Shown piece after piece: positions 47,279 to 56,257 of a stretch of 64,000 nt of DNA. The stretch is taken from positions 1 to 64,000 of IMG/VR virus record IMGVR_UViG_3300035670_000150. One strand, given 5' to 3'. The notes below the pieces were generated by a model. The model worked only from the letters and a program-made list of their open reading frames with translations. It made no database searches and was not told the origin of the DNA. Positions within the stretch are counted from its first letter, which is position 1; every line of letters begins with the position of its first letter. A program made the position numbers and the translations under genes. This stretch comes from a virus.

Positions 47279-48928
47279 TTATTTCTTAGTTGCAGCGGTG
47301 ATTACTTTAACGAAATCGCCAGAAACTCCTAAGAATTCAAAGGACTTCTTAGTGCGTTTTTTAATTTCCATAATACGAACGCTGGAGGCTAGGGGAAGGT
47401 TAGAGGGCGTATGTCCTGCAAGCAACGCTTTCACCTCATCTCGGCTACTTGGTTTACTTGCCTTGGCATCCTTTTTGGCTGCATCTTCAACAGTTTCCAC
47501 CTTCAGGCTCGGAGCTTTTTCCACTTCGTTAATGCCACGAGAAGCAGCTTCCAGTTCGACATTCTGCTTAACTTCGGGAGGTAATGAAGTTGGCTTATCC
47601 ACTGGTTGCTCAGTGGGGGTTGTTACCGCAGCATTTTTAAGTTTAAGGTCTATTGGGGCATAAGTGGTATTGCTACCGTTATGCCCGCCAATAGTTACCT
47701 TGTACGCTGCTTTAGGGTAAAGCCCTTTAATTGCCTTGTTTAGCATCAATGCTAAAGAGTCAGGCATTGTTGTAGACGGTGTTCGTGATAGCACATATTT
47801 TGCTGATTCATCATCGAGCACATCCAACAAACGATAGCGGTAAGTACGCACTTTACTTACGTTACGTTCAGGCACCGCTAGAATGTCTTCAGGGCTAAGT
47901 AAGCCCAATAGAACATTACTGCCATGGAAGGTAGATAGGTAAGTGCGGGTGCATACATGGAGGCCATTGGAACAGTCTTTTTTCCTGTCCAAGTCCACCA
48001 GCTTTTTATCCACCACGACTTCACAGCCTGCCCACTGTTTCACATTGCCTGAATGGCAATCTTTAAACACTTGTTCAGGTAGAGTGATACCATCTATCTT
48101 GGTGTTACTAGGGCACTTGTTTACCCGTTTGTAAATAATGATGTCACCATCATTGGTTAAGGGTAAATCTGCTTTTTCAACAAAGGCCAGCACATCTTGC
48201 ACTGAATGGTTCGGTTTAGTCGTCATAGCCGCTAAACGCTGCATGAGCCTATCTACCCCCTTGGTATTATGTGTTTTAACACCATGAGCTATTTGAGAGG
48301 CTAAGGCATCAGCATTTGGAATGATAGCTACCCCTTTTTCGGTTTCCACAACAGCAATGACAGTGGTGTTAGCTTCTTCCCGCACTTTGGTTTTTTCGTC
48401 CCACGCATCATCATCCATATGGATAGATTTAGGTGTGTCTAAGTGAACCACTTCAGAAGCTTCTGAGAGGAGTTCTGAGACTTCTTCAGCAGATGCCAAG
48501 GCATTCACATTAGGGACAGTTTGAGTGCCCTCAGAGGCTTTTGCAGCAGCGTTAATAGGGGCTTGCCTAATATCCCCTATGAATTCCTCTTTGAGTTCTA
48601 CAGGGGCATCATCAGAGGATTTCTTACCAAATAGAGAAGCCAAGGCTTTTTTGGTAACTGAAAAGAATCGAGCTACGCCTGATTTCTTCTCGTATTCCTC
48701 TATAGAGACACCCTTGCTTTCCACTTGGGCATTACGGTTGAGGTTGAAGTACACCTCACCCTTTACCCGCAGCTCTGGAAAGACTTCTTCCGCGAGCACG
48801 GGAATCATAGGGTCGCCTTGAACATAAATGTAGGCATTACCTTCACTATCATAGATAGTTACATTTTGGGCAGTGACCAGAGCTGCAACGACTTTAATCA
48901 GCCGTGGCTGATTCTTTTGGTTGTCCAT
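47279..48928 (-). CDS. rIIB: rIIB-like protein
   Basis: DLPLT.DG.II.YKRV, DCHSG, CSNGLHV and K.R..RY motifs; follows rIIA. Confidence 0.9.
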   Translation of the reverse strand: MDNQKNQPRLIKVVAALVTAQNVTIYDSEGNAYIYVQGDPMIPVLAEEVFPELRVKGEVYFNLNRNAQVESKGVSIEEYEKKSGVARFFSVTKKALASLFGKKSSDDAPVELKEEFIGDIRQAPINAAAKASEGTQTVPNVNALASAEEVSELLSEASEVVHLDTPKSIHMDDDAWDEKTKVREEANTTVIAVVETEKGVAIIPNADALASQIAHGVKTHNTKGVDRLMQRLAAMTTKPNHSVQDVLAFVEKADLPLTNDGDIIIYKRVNKCPSNTKIDGITLPEQVFKDCHSGNVKQWAGCEVVVDKKLVDLDRKKDCSNGLHVCTRTYLSTFHGSNVLLGLLSPEDILAVPERNVSKVRTYRYRLLDVLDDESAKYVLSRTPSTTMPDSLALMLNKAIKGLYPKAAYKVTIGGHNGSNTTYAPIDLKLKNAAVTTPTEQPVDKPTSLPPEVKQNVELEAASRGINEVEKAPSLKVETVEDAAKKDAKASKPSSRDEVKALLAGHTPSNLPLASSVRIMEIKKRTKKSFEFLGVSGDFVKVITAATKK

Positions 48929-51731
48929 GTTGTTTCCTCAAGTTATCTAGCAGTAGTTTAATGACAGGAACCAAGGTTTCGTCATCAGGTTCATTATTTT
49001 GGGCAAACGTTTTCATCATAGAGTAGTTGATATAATTAGGCAGCACTGAATTTTCAAGCAATGCTGCTAATTCTAATACCCTTTTAGAATACGTCATCTT
49101 TTTGGTTATATCATTAATGATATTCTGTACCCGCTTCATTTCTTCAGGGTACTCATTTACCAGAGGTTTTAATGAAGGGATAATATCTTTTAACAATAGC
49201 AAGAATTTACATTCTTCCGAATTTTCATCGAGGATTGCAAAATTCTTAAGTTTAACTAACGAATGTGCTTTTTCAGTTAGCAACAGAGTAATGAATAAAT
49301 CATCCCTACTGGTGCAACTTCTAAATAAATCAAATTTATCGTATCTCACTTTAATTTTGCCATACTTGGTATCCACTTCTGTATTACTTACAAAGAATAC
49401 CGAAGAAAGAGAGCTACAATAGTGACTTAAATAAAGAGCATCAGCTAAGTTGTTAGGTAACTTAACACGCTTATAAAGCTCTTCAATCGCATCAACTATC
49501 CACGATACAACATGGTTGTTTTGCCCTTTTGGCAAAGTGTTGGCTTTTAGCCATTTACGATATTCCACTGCCCGCTTTGTGATATATACACTACTTTTCG
49601 TTAATTTCTGTAAAGCAGAAATAGTTTTGTATAAATCAATAGAAGGGGATTTTGTATCACCTAAGATTTTCATCTCAGGGCTTAACAATCCACTCTTATT
49701 TAACAGAAGCAATAGAGAAGGGGTTTCCATAGGGGCTGCTGTAGATGCAGGCATTTCAACCATCACCACTGAATCGTTGGCTGTCTTTGAAAGATGCAGT
49801 GGGGCAACCGCAACAGTTTTTACTTTGTTGGCTTTATTCAGAGCTAAAGTAGCTTTACGCTTATTCACAATCTCGTCATGAGCTTGCTGTTCTGCTTTGC
49901 TCTTAATGAACAAATCAACTACTTCGTATCCTTCAGCTTCTAATTCTGCAATTAAAGCTTTACGAACCGCTTCTTTTTTATCCCCTTTGATAACCAAAGG
50001 GGTAACAGTGTCCACCTTATGTTTGAATTTTCCAAACATGATTCTGTCACGAATTCTGCGGAAAGTAGTATTCAGTACATCAGTTATGATTACCACTTTA
50101 TTCATTAAGGGTGTCACTTTTTGCAATGGTACTTTATATTCCCCCAATCTTTGAACATTTTTCAAGGTCAAGGGAATAACATGCATTGAACTATCTATAT
50201 TGTGTTCAAGGTAATTAGCAGCAGTTAGATTCAATAAATACGCAGAACTATCAGGGTAATGTTTGAATTGGATGTCTCTTGCTTTGCCATAAGACAATTC
50301 AAGCACATCTGAAAAGTCCACATTGATTATATCATTTTTAGGAACTTCGCTTAATTCAATTCCCAACTGTTTCATTACTGCATCTAAAAGGTTTAAATCA
50401 CAATAAGCCCCTTTAGGTAATTTTTGATTAAATATCGTAGTGGGGTTAATAAAGCTCTTTAAATTTTGTAATTGGAACAATTTACAGAAGGCTAATTTTT
50501 CATAGCTATCCACCCTTTTATACGCCAAGATACGGTGAACAACATCTAAAGTAGTTTCTTTTAATTTAGAATCAGCTATATTAAAAAGTTTCTGCGCCAT
50601 TACGGTTAATGGCATGTCTTTAGGCAATGGAGAAATATCTATACTATAGCGGTCATGGCGTCCTTCTTTTTTCCTTCTGCCAATAATTGCATCAGTTTCA
50701 TCAATCACTTTTTCTATGTGCTTTGGCAGCAGTGTCCATAAAGGCTCTTCTGCTTTTTTCACCCCTTCGATAAAGGTGTTAAGTAATTTAGTGAGTTCTT
50801 TGATGTTTTCAGAAGTTACGGACAGTGATTCACGGCTAGGGTGTACTACCAGTGAATCAGGGGCAGCTTGAATAATAAGGCATCCATAATCATAACAGTC
50901 GTCTTTGACTACGGAGAGCAGGCTGACAACTTCTTTATAAGCAGTGATGTAATCCATATTTTCCACGCCTTCTAGGTCGGGGAAACGGTATACGATGTTA
51001 GCGTAACGCACGTTAAGGCTATTGCCTACTGTAGGCAGTTGGATAGCATCACTTGGCATTAGAACAGTGAAAGCATTGGCTTCTCTGCTCAGATTAATAC
51101 CACGGATTTCATTATCAGGAGCGCCCTTAAAGGTTATCACTGCTGGAATATCCCCGCTGTATACTACGTTACGAGCATACTTAACGATGGTGCTAGCATC
51201 ATGAGGTTTAAGCGGGATATTGACAGTAAGCCCTGTTTCAGTGGTTGGGGCTTCCATGATTTTTACAATGGCTGGCCTGCCTTGGGTAAGCTTAGAGGCT
51301 TTGACTATCTGATAGATTGTCTTGGTGCCATTACAGCAAGAGATAACTTCGAATGCATCGGTATAGCCATGGGGTGATTTGCATCCTAGCCCTAGGCCGC
51401 CTGTACTTCGAGAATCCCCTGATTTGGTTCCTTCCCCAATGGTGCCATAAATTTTGCCCATTAGTGAGTGAGGAATACCTAAACCAAAGTCTTTGATGGT
51501 GAACATGGTATCGGTGATGTCAATTTGGATAGGGGTATCAATACCCTTTTCAATATGGGCATCCCAACCGTTTGTGATAGTTTCCCTTACCATAGCCAAA
51601 GAGTGGTATTGATATAAGCTCTTTTGGAATATGGCAATGAATTCAGGCGAGTTAGCCAGAGTCATTTCTGATACTTCTTGATAGCCTACTACAGCCGCTG
51701 AGTTTTCTTTGGTGGTACTGGTTACTTTCAT
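48894..51731 (-). CDS. rIIA: rIIA-like protein (GHKL/HATPase N-terminus)
   Basis: VRETITNGWDAH, DFGLGI and GGLGLGCKSP motifs. Confidence 0.9.
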   Translation of the reverse strand: MKVTSTTKENSAAVVGYQEVSEMTLANSPEFIAIFQKSLYQYHSLAMVRETITNGWDAHIEKGIDTPIQIDITDTMFTIKDFGLGIPHSLMGKIYGTIGEGTKSGDSRSTGGLGLGCKSPHGYTDAFEVISCCNGTKTIYQIVKASKLTQGRPAIVKIMEAPTTETGLTVNIPLKPHDASTIVKYARNVVYSGDIPAVITFKGAPDNEIRGINLSREANAFTVLMPSDAIQLPTVGNSLNVRYANIVYRFPDLEGVENMDYITAYKEVVSLLSVVKDDCYDYGCLIIQAAPDSLVVHPSRESLSVTSENIKELTKLLNTFIEGVKKAEEPLWTLLPKHIEKVIDETDAIIGRRKKEGRHDRYSIDISPLPKDMPLTVMAQKLFNIADSKLKETTLDVVHRILAYKRVDSYEKLAFCKLFQLQNLKSFINPTTIFNQKLPKGAYCDLNLLDAVMKQLGIELSEVPKNDIINVDFSDVLELSYGKARDIQFKHYPDSSAYLLNLTAANYLEHNIDSSMHVIPLTLKNVQRLGEYKVPLQKVTPLMNKVVIITDVLNTTFRRIRDRIMFGKFKHKVDTVTPLVIKGDKKEAVRKALIAELEAEGYEVVDLFIKSKAEQQAHDEIVNKRKATLALNKANKVKTVAVAPLHLSKTANDSVVMVEMPASTAAPMETPSLLLLLNKSGLLSPEMKILGDTKSPSIDLYKTISALQKLTKSSVYITKRAVEYRKWLKANTLPKGQNNHVVSWIVDAIEELYKRVKLPNNLADALYLSHYCSSLSSVFFVSNTEVDTKYGKIKVRYDKFDLFRSCTSRDDLFITLLLTEKAHSLVKLKNFAILDENSEECKFLLLLKDIIPSLKPLVNEYPEEMKRVQNIINDITKKMTYSKRVLELAALLENSVLPNYINYSMMKTFAQNNEPDDETLVPVIKLLLDNLRKQHGQPKESATAD

Positions 51732-51733
51732 GA

Positions 51734-52075
51734 TTATTTCTCTGAATTGGTTAAGCGAATATCTCTTCGCTTTTGGTTTTCTTTATGGGTTACAACTTCG
51801 AGGTGAGCAGGATTGCAGCAGTTCCTTATCCCACATAGGTGGTCAACTTGCCTACTACTAGGGATATACCCGTAATAGTGGGTAGCTACTACCTTATGCA
51901 CGGCTGAGGTAACGCCATCTATCGATATTCTGCCATAGCCGCCTCCTCTGCCTTTGCCAGAGGTTCCCCCTTGCCATATAAAGCAAGGACTGTTTTTCCC
52001 ATCAATAGAAAAACCTGTATCTATTTCAGATACCTTACTGAGGATGCGGTCTAGTATGTCAGTTCGTCTACACAT
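51734..52075 (-). CDS. HNH endonuclease-like protein
   Basis: C.IWQG...GGGYGR and DHLC..RNCCNPAHLE.VT..EN. Confidence 0.88.
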   Translation of the reverse strand: MCRRTDILDRILSKVSEIDTGFSIDGKNSPCFIWQGGTSGKGRGGGYGRISIDGVTSAVHKVVATHYYGYIPSSRQVDHLCGIRNCCNPAHLEVVTHKENQKRRDIRLTNSEK

Positions 52076-52111
52076 GATTCCCCCTTTCAGTAAAGTGGTA
52101 ATTGCACCAAG

Positions 52112-52456
52112 TTAAAAGGGTACTTTGGAGTCACAGAACACACAGGGTTTGTTCAGTGCAGTTCCATGCACGCACATATCTTTATAGATAAGATGCGGAT
52201 AACGCTCACCTGTAGGGCTTTCAATAAGCACATCGGGCAAACTGTTGGCATAGGTAATGACTTCTGCATACATGGCAGTAATCAGAGCACGTTTATCTTG
52301 TTCTGTCAGGTTGAGGTCTACCCACCCCATGGTTGTTTCAAACATGTTTAGCAAAATGCTTACATGCTGTTCTTTAGGCACTTCGTTTTGAAGTCTGCCG
52401 AGTACTGCTAAGAAGTGTTCGAACACCTTCAAATCTTTAATTTCACTGTCTTTCAT
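52112..52456 (-). CDS. Hypothetical protein with C-terminal C-x-H...C-x-x-C motif
   Basis: Start moved to MKDSE after RBS AAGG; CVHG...CVFC. Confidence 0.6.
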   Translation of the reverse strand: MKDSEIKDLKVFEHFLAVLGRLQNEVPKEQHVSILLNMFETTMGWVDLNLTEQDKRALITAMYAEVITYANSLPDVLIESPTGERYPHLIYKDMCVHGTALNKPCVFCDSKVPF

Positions 52457-52481
52457 ACGGTTACGCCTTTGATTAGAAACC

Positions 52482-52516
52482 AAAGAGAGAAAAACAAATG
52501 CCCCAATTAAGGGGCA
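52482..52516 (-). terminator. Terminator
   Basis: - strand TGCCCC-TTAATT-GGGGCA then TTTGTTTTT. Confidence 0.75.
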
Positions 52517-52534
52517 AGATGTTTAGAGAGGGAG

Positions 52535-52996
52535 TTAGACTACGTAGACCAGCACGTTATCAGGGAGCTTTTCTACGTGCTCATCCAATTCCTCACGGGT
52601 TAGTCCGCCTAGTCCTATAGCAGGGTAGGGTAAGTGGAAAGTAAGATGAGGGTCTTTCGTGGCTATCGAAGCAAGGTCTTCAATAGCTTTGATGACCGTA
52701 GGCAAATCGCTCGGGTCTTTGTAGTGGTTTTTAGTGAACATGGCACCAATACCTGCTTCCACTTCCATTGGATGAGGATGGAATAGATTATGCACAGTTA
52801 AATCCTGCACTTTGGCTTTCAGTTTTCGGCCAAATAGTTTAGGAGTATCTGGCAAGGCCATAGCACATGCTAAAGCATTGCCCCCACCCATGATAAGCAC
52901 ACCAGAAGGATGGATAATACGATTAGCGGTAAACATGATAACATGTTGTTTTTCAGGCTTGGCACCATAGTTGATTAAGTCATTAATGTATTTCAT
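52535..52996 (-). CDS. Macrodomain protein (putative ADP-ribosylhydrolase)
   Basis: TAN...G.LIMGGG.A, FTK.HY...S and LP.PAIGLGGL motifs. Confidence 0.75.
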   Translation of the reverse strand: MKYINDLINYGAKPEKQHVIMFTANRIIHPSGVLIMGGGNALACAMALPDTPKLFGRKLKAKVQDLTVHNLFHPHPMEVEAGIGAMFTKNHYKDPSDLPTVIKAIEDLASIATKDPHLTFHLPYPAIGLGGLTREELDEHVEKLPDNVLVYVV

Positions 52997-53552
52997 TGGA
53001 ACCCCGCAAGATTAAGTTAGTTAACGGCACCACATTGTTGGTATCAATACCATCCAATGCTTGAGAAGCTTTTAGGCGTGCTTGTTCAGCAGCGTGTGCA
53101 AGCATTTCAATACGGAAGGTGGTCAGATAATCCAAATGAGTGGCATCGAATAAACGTGGGATTTGGGATAGCCAGAACGCTTTTACTGCTTGTTTAGCAG
53201 CGTTATAGGCGGCTACTTGTTCATCGGTAAATGGAGTTGTGGCATGGTAACGCACGGGGTCTTTAGGTGTTCCACCTAAGTCCATAGCACCTAACGTCAA
53301 CGCTTCAGCTAAGAAATCACTAATTGTTTCATGGTTGCTGGGGATTTCGATATTTTCGAAATCGGGAATACCACTTAATAACAATGGGATGTTTTGAATT
53401 TTGAGGGAATTAACAGCGAAAGTAACAGCATTGAAGTCATCGAGGAATGACTCACTGATACCTGCTAGAACAGCTTCCACTGCGGTCAGTTTTTCAATGT
53501 ATGTCTCAGGCTTCTTTGACATCATCAGTTGAATAGAAACGGGTTTTTTCAT
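52983..53552 (-). CDS. Hypothetical protein
   Basis: Start moved to MKKPV after RBS AAGAGG. Confidence 0.65.
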   Translation of the reverse strand: MKKPVSIQLMMSKKPETYIEKLTAVEAVLAGISESFLDDFNAVTFAVNSLKIQNIPLLLSGIPDFENIEIPSNHETISDFLAEALTLGAMDLGGTPKDPVRYHATTPFTDEQVAAYNAAKQAVKAFWLSQIPRLFDATHLDYLTTFRIEMLAHAAEQARLKASQALDGIDTNNVVPLTNLILRGSNEIH

Positions 53553-53571
53553 GGGTTGCCTCTTAGGTAGG

Positions 53572-54114
53572 TTAAGCCATATCACTGGCTACGTGTTTAA
53601 AATCAATAGTGCCTTTTTCGTTGATATAACCAACGAATTCACCATCAAATCCCCCTATCTGTTCGAACGCTCTCATAAGAGCTTCATCTTCGATAGGTTC
53701 ATCTGAAATGAAGGCAACGAATCCATAGCCCACTATTCGGTTGGCTATGTGTGTGAAGGAGTAGAGATAGTCTCTGTGAGCTTCTTGGATGCTCTTGGTT
53801 ATGTCTTTGAACACCACAGGGGCAGACACACCTATATCAATACTTTTGAGCTTATTCTTGCCGTTTGGTTCTTTGATGCATACGCCTGCATAGATAGTCC
53901 AAGAATGTTTGCAATTGAACATCATATGCATGATGTCCTTCTTGTACATAGGAGGTACACCCTGTTCCATAAACAGCCCTGATTTAGTTTCATCAAGCAA
54001 GTTACAGGCAATGCCTATCTTTCTGAACCCCTGCTTAAACTTGGTTACTTCGAGATTGTGCTCAATGTTCAAGTTCTTCTTAGGGTTATATTTTTTGTTT
54101 CTTTTCTTGGTCAT
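53572..54114 (-). CDS. Hypothetical protein with basic N-terminus
   Basis: Begins MTKKRNKKYNPKK; 180 aa. Confidence 0.7.
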   Translation of the reverse strand: MTKKRNKKYNPKKNLNIEHNLEVTKFKQGFRKIGIACNLLDETKSGLFMEQGVPPMYKKDIMHMMFNCKHSWTIYAGVCIKEPNGKNKLKSIDIGVSAPVVFKDITKSIQEAHRDYLYSFTHIANRIVGYGFVAFISDEPIEDEALMRAFEQIGGFDGEFVGYINEKGTIDFKHVASDMA

Positions 54115-54140
54115 AGCTTGAATCTCTGTTACACGATAAT

Positions 54141-54168
54141 AAAAAAAGCCCCTAAGTAGAGGCTTTTT
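54141..54168 (-). terminator. Terminator (conserved stem copy 1)
   Basis: - strand AAGCCTCTA-CT-TAGGGGCTT then TTTTT. Confidence 0.8.
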
Positions 54169-54183
54169 GTGTTACCTAATAAA

Positions 54184-54387
54184 TTAGAGTTTTCTTTTCT
54201 TCAATAACTCATAATCATTTGAGCATTCAATATCACAAAATAGTTTGTCTTTGTCCACCTTTTCTAAGCAGTAATGGCATACCCCAATTTTGAGTAATTT
54301 GGTAGCAGTGCTATTACGTGCATTAGTAATGGCAGTATCCAAAGAAAACATTTCTTGCCTGCTGGCTGCATCGATTATATCAGGCAT
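54184..54387 (-). CDS. TraR/DksA-like C4 zinc-finger protein
   Basis: Start MPDIIDAA (DxxDxA) after RBS AAGGGA; CHYC...CDIEC. Confidence 0.7.
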   Translation of the reverse strand: MPDIIDAASRQEMFSLDTAITNARNSTATKLLKIGVCHYCLEKVDKDKLFCDIECSNDYELLKKRKL

Positions 54388-54403
54388 AGCGTCCCTTAAA
54401 AGC

Positions 54404-54432
54404 AAGCCCCTAGTGGTGTTACCTAGAGGCTT
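54404..54432 (-). terminator. Hairpin (conserved stem copy 2)
   Basis: - strand AAGCCTCTA-11 nt-TAGGGGCTT then GCTTTT. Confidence 0.6.
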
Positions 54433-54443
54433 ATAAGTGGTTG

Positions 54444-54917
54444 TTAAACAGTACCTGTAGAATTGAAGCCCTGTTCGTTACGTTCGGTTTCTTCGTTGAA
54501 ATCTTCAACAGTTTCGAATTCGACAGGGATAACGGGCAAGAACAAGAGTTGGGCAATACGGTCGCCATTATGCACTACTTGCTGAACACTGCCACGGTTC
54601 ATCAGGCTGACTTTTATTTCGCCTTGGTAGTCAGAGTCAATCAAGCCAACGCTGTTACCTAGCACTAAGCCTTGCTTATGTCCTAAGCCGCTACGTGGGA
54701 TTAACACGGCACAGACTTCAGGGTCTTGGATATGGATGGCAATGCCTGTTTCGATGAGCAGAGGAGGGGTGTTAGGTTCGAGAGTAACATACCCTTCAGG
54801 AATGACAGCACGGATGTCAATACCTGCTGAACCTTCAGTACCTCGGGTGAGAGGTAAAGGTTCGTGCGTTTCGGCATCGACTAGGCAGTTAGGTAAAAAT
54901 TTCAATTTCACTTTCAT
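54444..54917 (-). CDS. dut: Trimeric dUTPase
   Basis: AGIDI, RSGLG, GLIDSDYQGEI, RIAQL and R...GFNSTG motifs. Confidence 0.95.
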   Translation of the reverse strand: MKVKLKFLPNCLVDAETHEPLPLTRGTEGSAGIDIRAVIPEGYVTLEPNTPPLLIETGIAIHIQDPEVCAVLIPRSGLGHKQGLVLGNSVGLIDSDYQGEIKVSLMNRGSVQQVVHNGDRIAQLLFLPVIPVEFETVEDFNEETERNEQGFNSTGTV

Positions 54918-54967
54918 AACGTTTTCCTTTTGCGAGGATTAATAACCAACAATGGTATAGCATAATA

Positions 54968-55011
54968 ATGAAAAAGCCCCTAACGGCAATTGGAATAGAC
55001 GTTAGAGGCTT
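54968..55011 (-). terminator. Terminator (conserved stem copy 3)
   Basis: - strand AAGCCTCTA-20 nt-TAGGGGCTT then TTTCAT. Confidence 0.7.
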
Positions 55012-55055
55012 AGGGCAGATGCTTCCCAACAAAGTACCCTTAAATAAGTGTATTT

Positions 55056-55457
55056 TTAATTTAAATCGGTAGCAATACCTTTATAGACATATATCGAATC
55101 TTTGATACGTATCACAGGTGGAGTAGGTGTATTTAATTGCATGAAACGAGTAAGCGTATTTCGAGTCATGCCTGTAATCTTGGCAACCTTTGTTTGGTTG
55201 CCATACGTTTTAATAAGCATCCCATCCAGATTATCAGTAATGACATGACTGAATGCAGGGTTTGTCAACATGGAATTAACTAAAGCCAGTCCAGCATTAG
55301 TAGTTAACCCTTCTACTTGGGTAATCCATTTAGCAGGGTCAAAAATAGTGTTTTTACGAAGAGTCCAATTACCTTTTGGTAATTGAATAATTCTGACATG
55401 CTTTATGTCATATTTAAGAAAAACCAAATCGAGGATGATTTTTACTTGGAGATTCAT
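55056..55457 (-). CDS. Protein with C-terminal NinH-like HTH domain
   Basis: MLIKTYGNQTKVAKITGMTRNTL resembles lambda NinH MLVETYGNQTEVARRL..SRGTV (recalled, not aligned by software). Confidence 0.65.
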   Translation of the reverse strand: MNLQVKIILDLVFLKYDIKHVRIIQLPKGNWTLRKNTIFDPAKWITQVEGLTTNAGLALVNSMLTNPAFSHVITDNLDGMLIKTYGNQTKVAKITGMTRNTLTRFMQLNTPTPPVIRIKDSIYVYKGIATDLN

Positions 55458-55843
55458 TATAGCTCCTTGAATAACGGTTTCCCGTTTACTCTATCTTCTA
55501 AATAGGCTGCAATGGTTTCACCATGGCATTGGTTAGGGGCACAGTAACAACACAAGTGAAGTTCTCCTTCAGCTTCCAGCCTCTCGGCCAAGCTATCTAG
55601 TAGATTCATTACGGTTACTTTTCGAATATCGTTTTTGCCTTCTATGATGGAATGAAACAGCTTATGATATTCCTCACAAGCCTCTTTCCTAGAGGCTACT
55701 TTAGTGATGCCCTTAAAGGAACTTTCAATATGGCTGAAAGGGTTTCCTAAAATAGTTCCCCTGCCGATGTACACAGCATCTCGGGGAATAGCATCACGAT
55801 GTTTGTTCAGTAGAATCACTTTCTTCATTTTGTTTAGTCTCAT
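55457..55843 (-). CDS. DUF4326-like protein
   Basis: VYIGRG...GNPF and L.CYCAP..CHG motifs; start could be the second Met (55828). Confidence 0.8.
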   Translation of the reverse strand: MRLNKMKKVILLNKHRDAIPRDAVYIGRGTILGNPFSHIESSFKGITKVASRKEACEEYHKLFHSIIEGKNDIRKVTVMNLLDSLAERLEAEGELHLCCYCAPNQCHGETIAAYLEDRVNGKPLFKEL

Positions 55844-55870
55844 GTCAAAGACACCAAAAAAAGAAAGTGA

Positions 55871-56257
55871 TTACACTTTTTTTCTCGGGGCATTTTTAAT
55901 GCTGTAACAAGTATCTGAAATGATGCTCAATCTCTCAGCCCGTAGATTACAGATAATGCTATGTACGGTGCTTCTAGCTATCCCAAACTCTTTAACTAAA
56001 GCGTTGGTTGATACCTGTTGTCCTGATACCAGCAGCTTTTTGATATGGTCTTTCAACGTAGTGCAGTTACCATAACCAAGGGCTGAGAATTGATAGTGAC
56101 CTCGTTTGTGCCTACGCACAACCTCACTTGTACGAAGTATGTACCGTACTTGGTTCTTGGTTCCAAATACACCCATTTCGGTTAAGTCCGTTAGGGTGTA
56201 TGTTAGATACCAGTTGTTTTGTAGGAACTTTTCCAGAGGAGTTAGTTCTCTACTCAT
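55871..56257 (-). CDS. HTH DNA-binding protein
   Basis: STNALVKEFGIARSTVHSIICNLR helix-turn-helix pattern. Confidence 0.65.
   Translation of the reverse strand: MSRELTPLEKFLQNNWYLTYTLTDLTEMGVFGTKNQVRYILRTSEVVRRHKRGHYQFSALGYGNCTTLKDHIKKLLVSGQQVSTNALVKEFGIARSTVHSIICNLRAERLSIISDTCYSIKNAPRKKV

Noticed and set aside
51734-52075. HNH gene as a mobile intron-encoded homing endonuclease
   Set aside because: Free-standing, interrupts no gene and resembles the HNH conserved in N4-like phages
54146-55011. Conserved stems as a mini-CRISPR or integron attC array
   Set aside because: They are separated by whole genes, show no attC RYYYAAC/GTTRRRY cores, and there is no cas or integrase gene; kept only as a hairpin family
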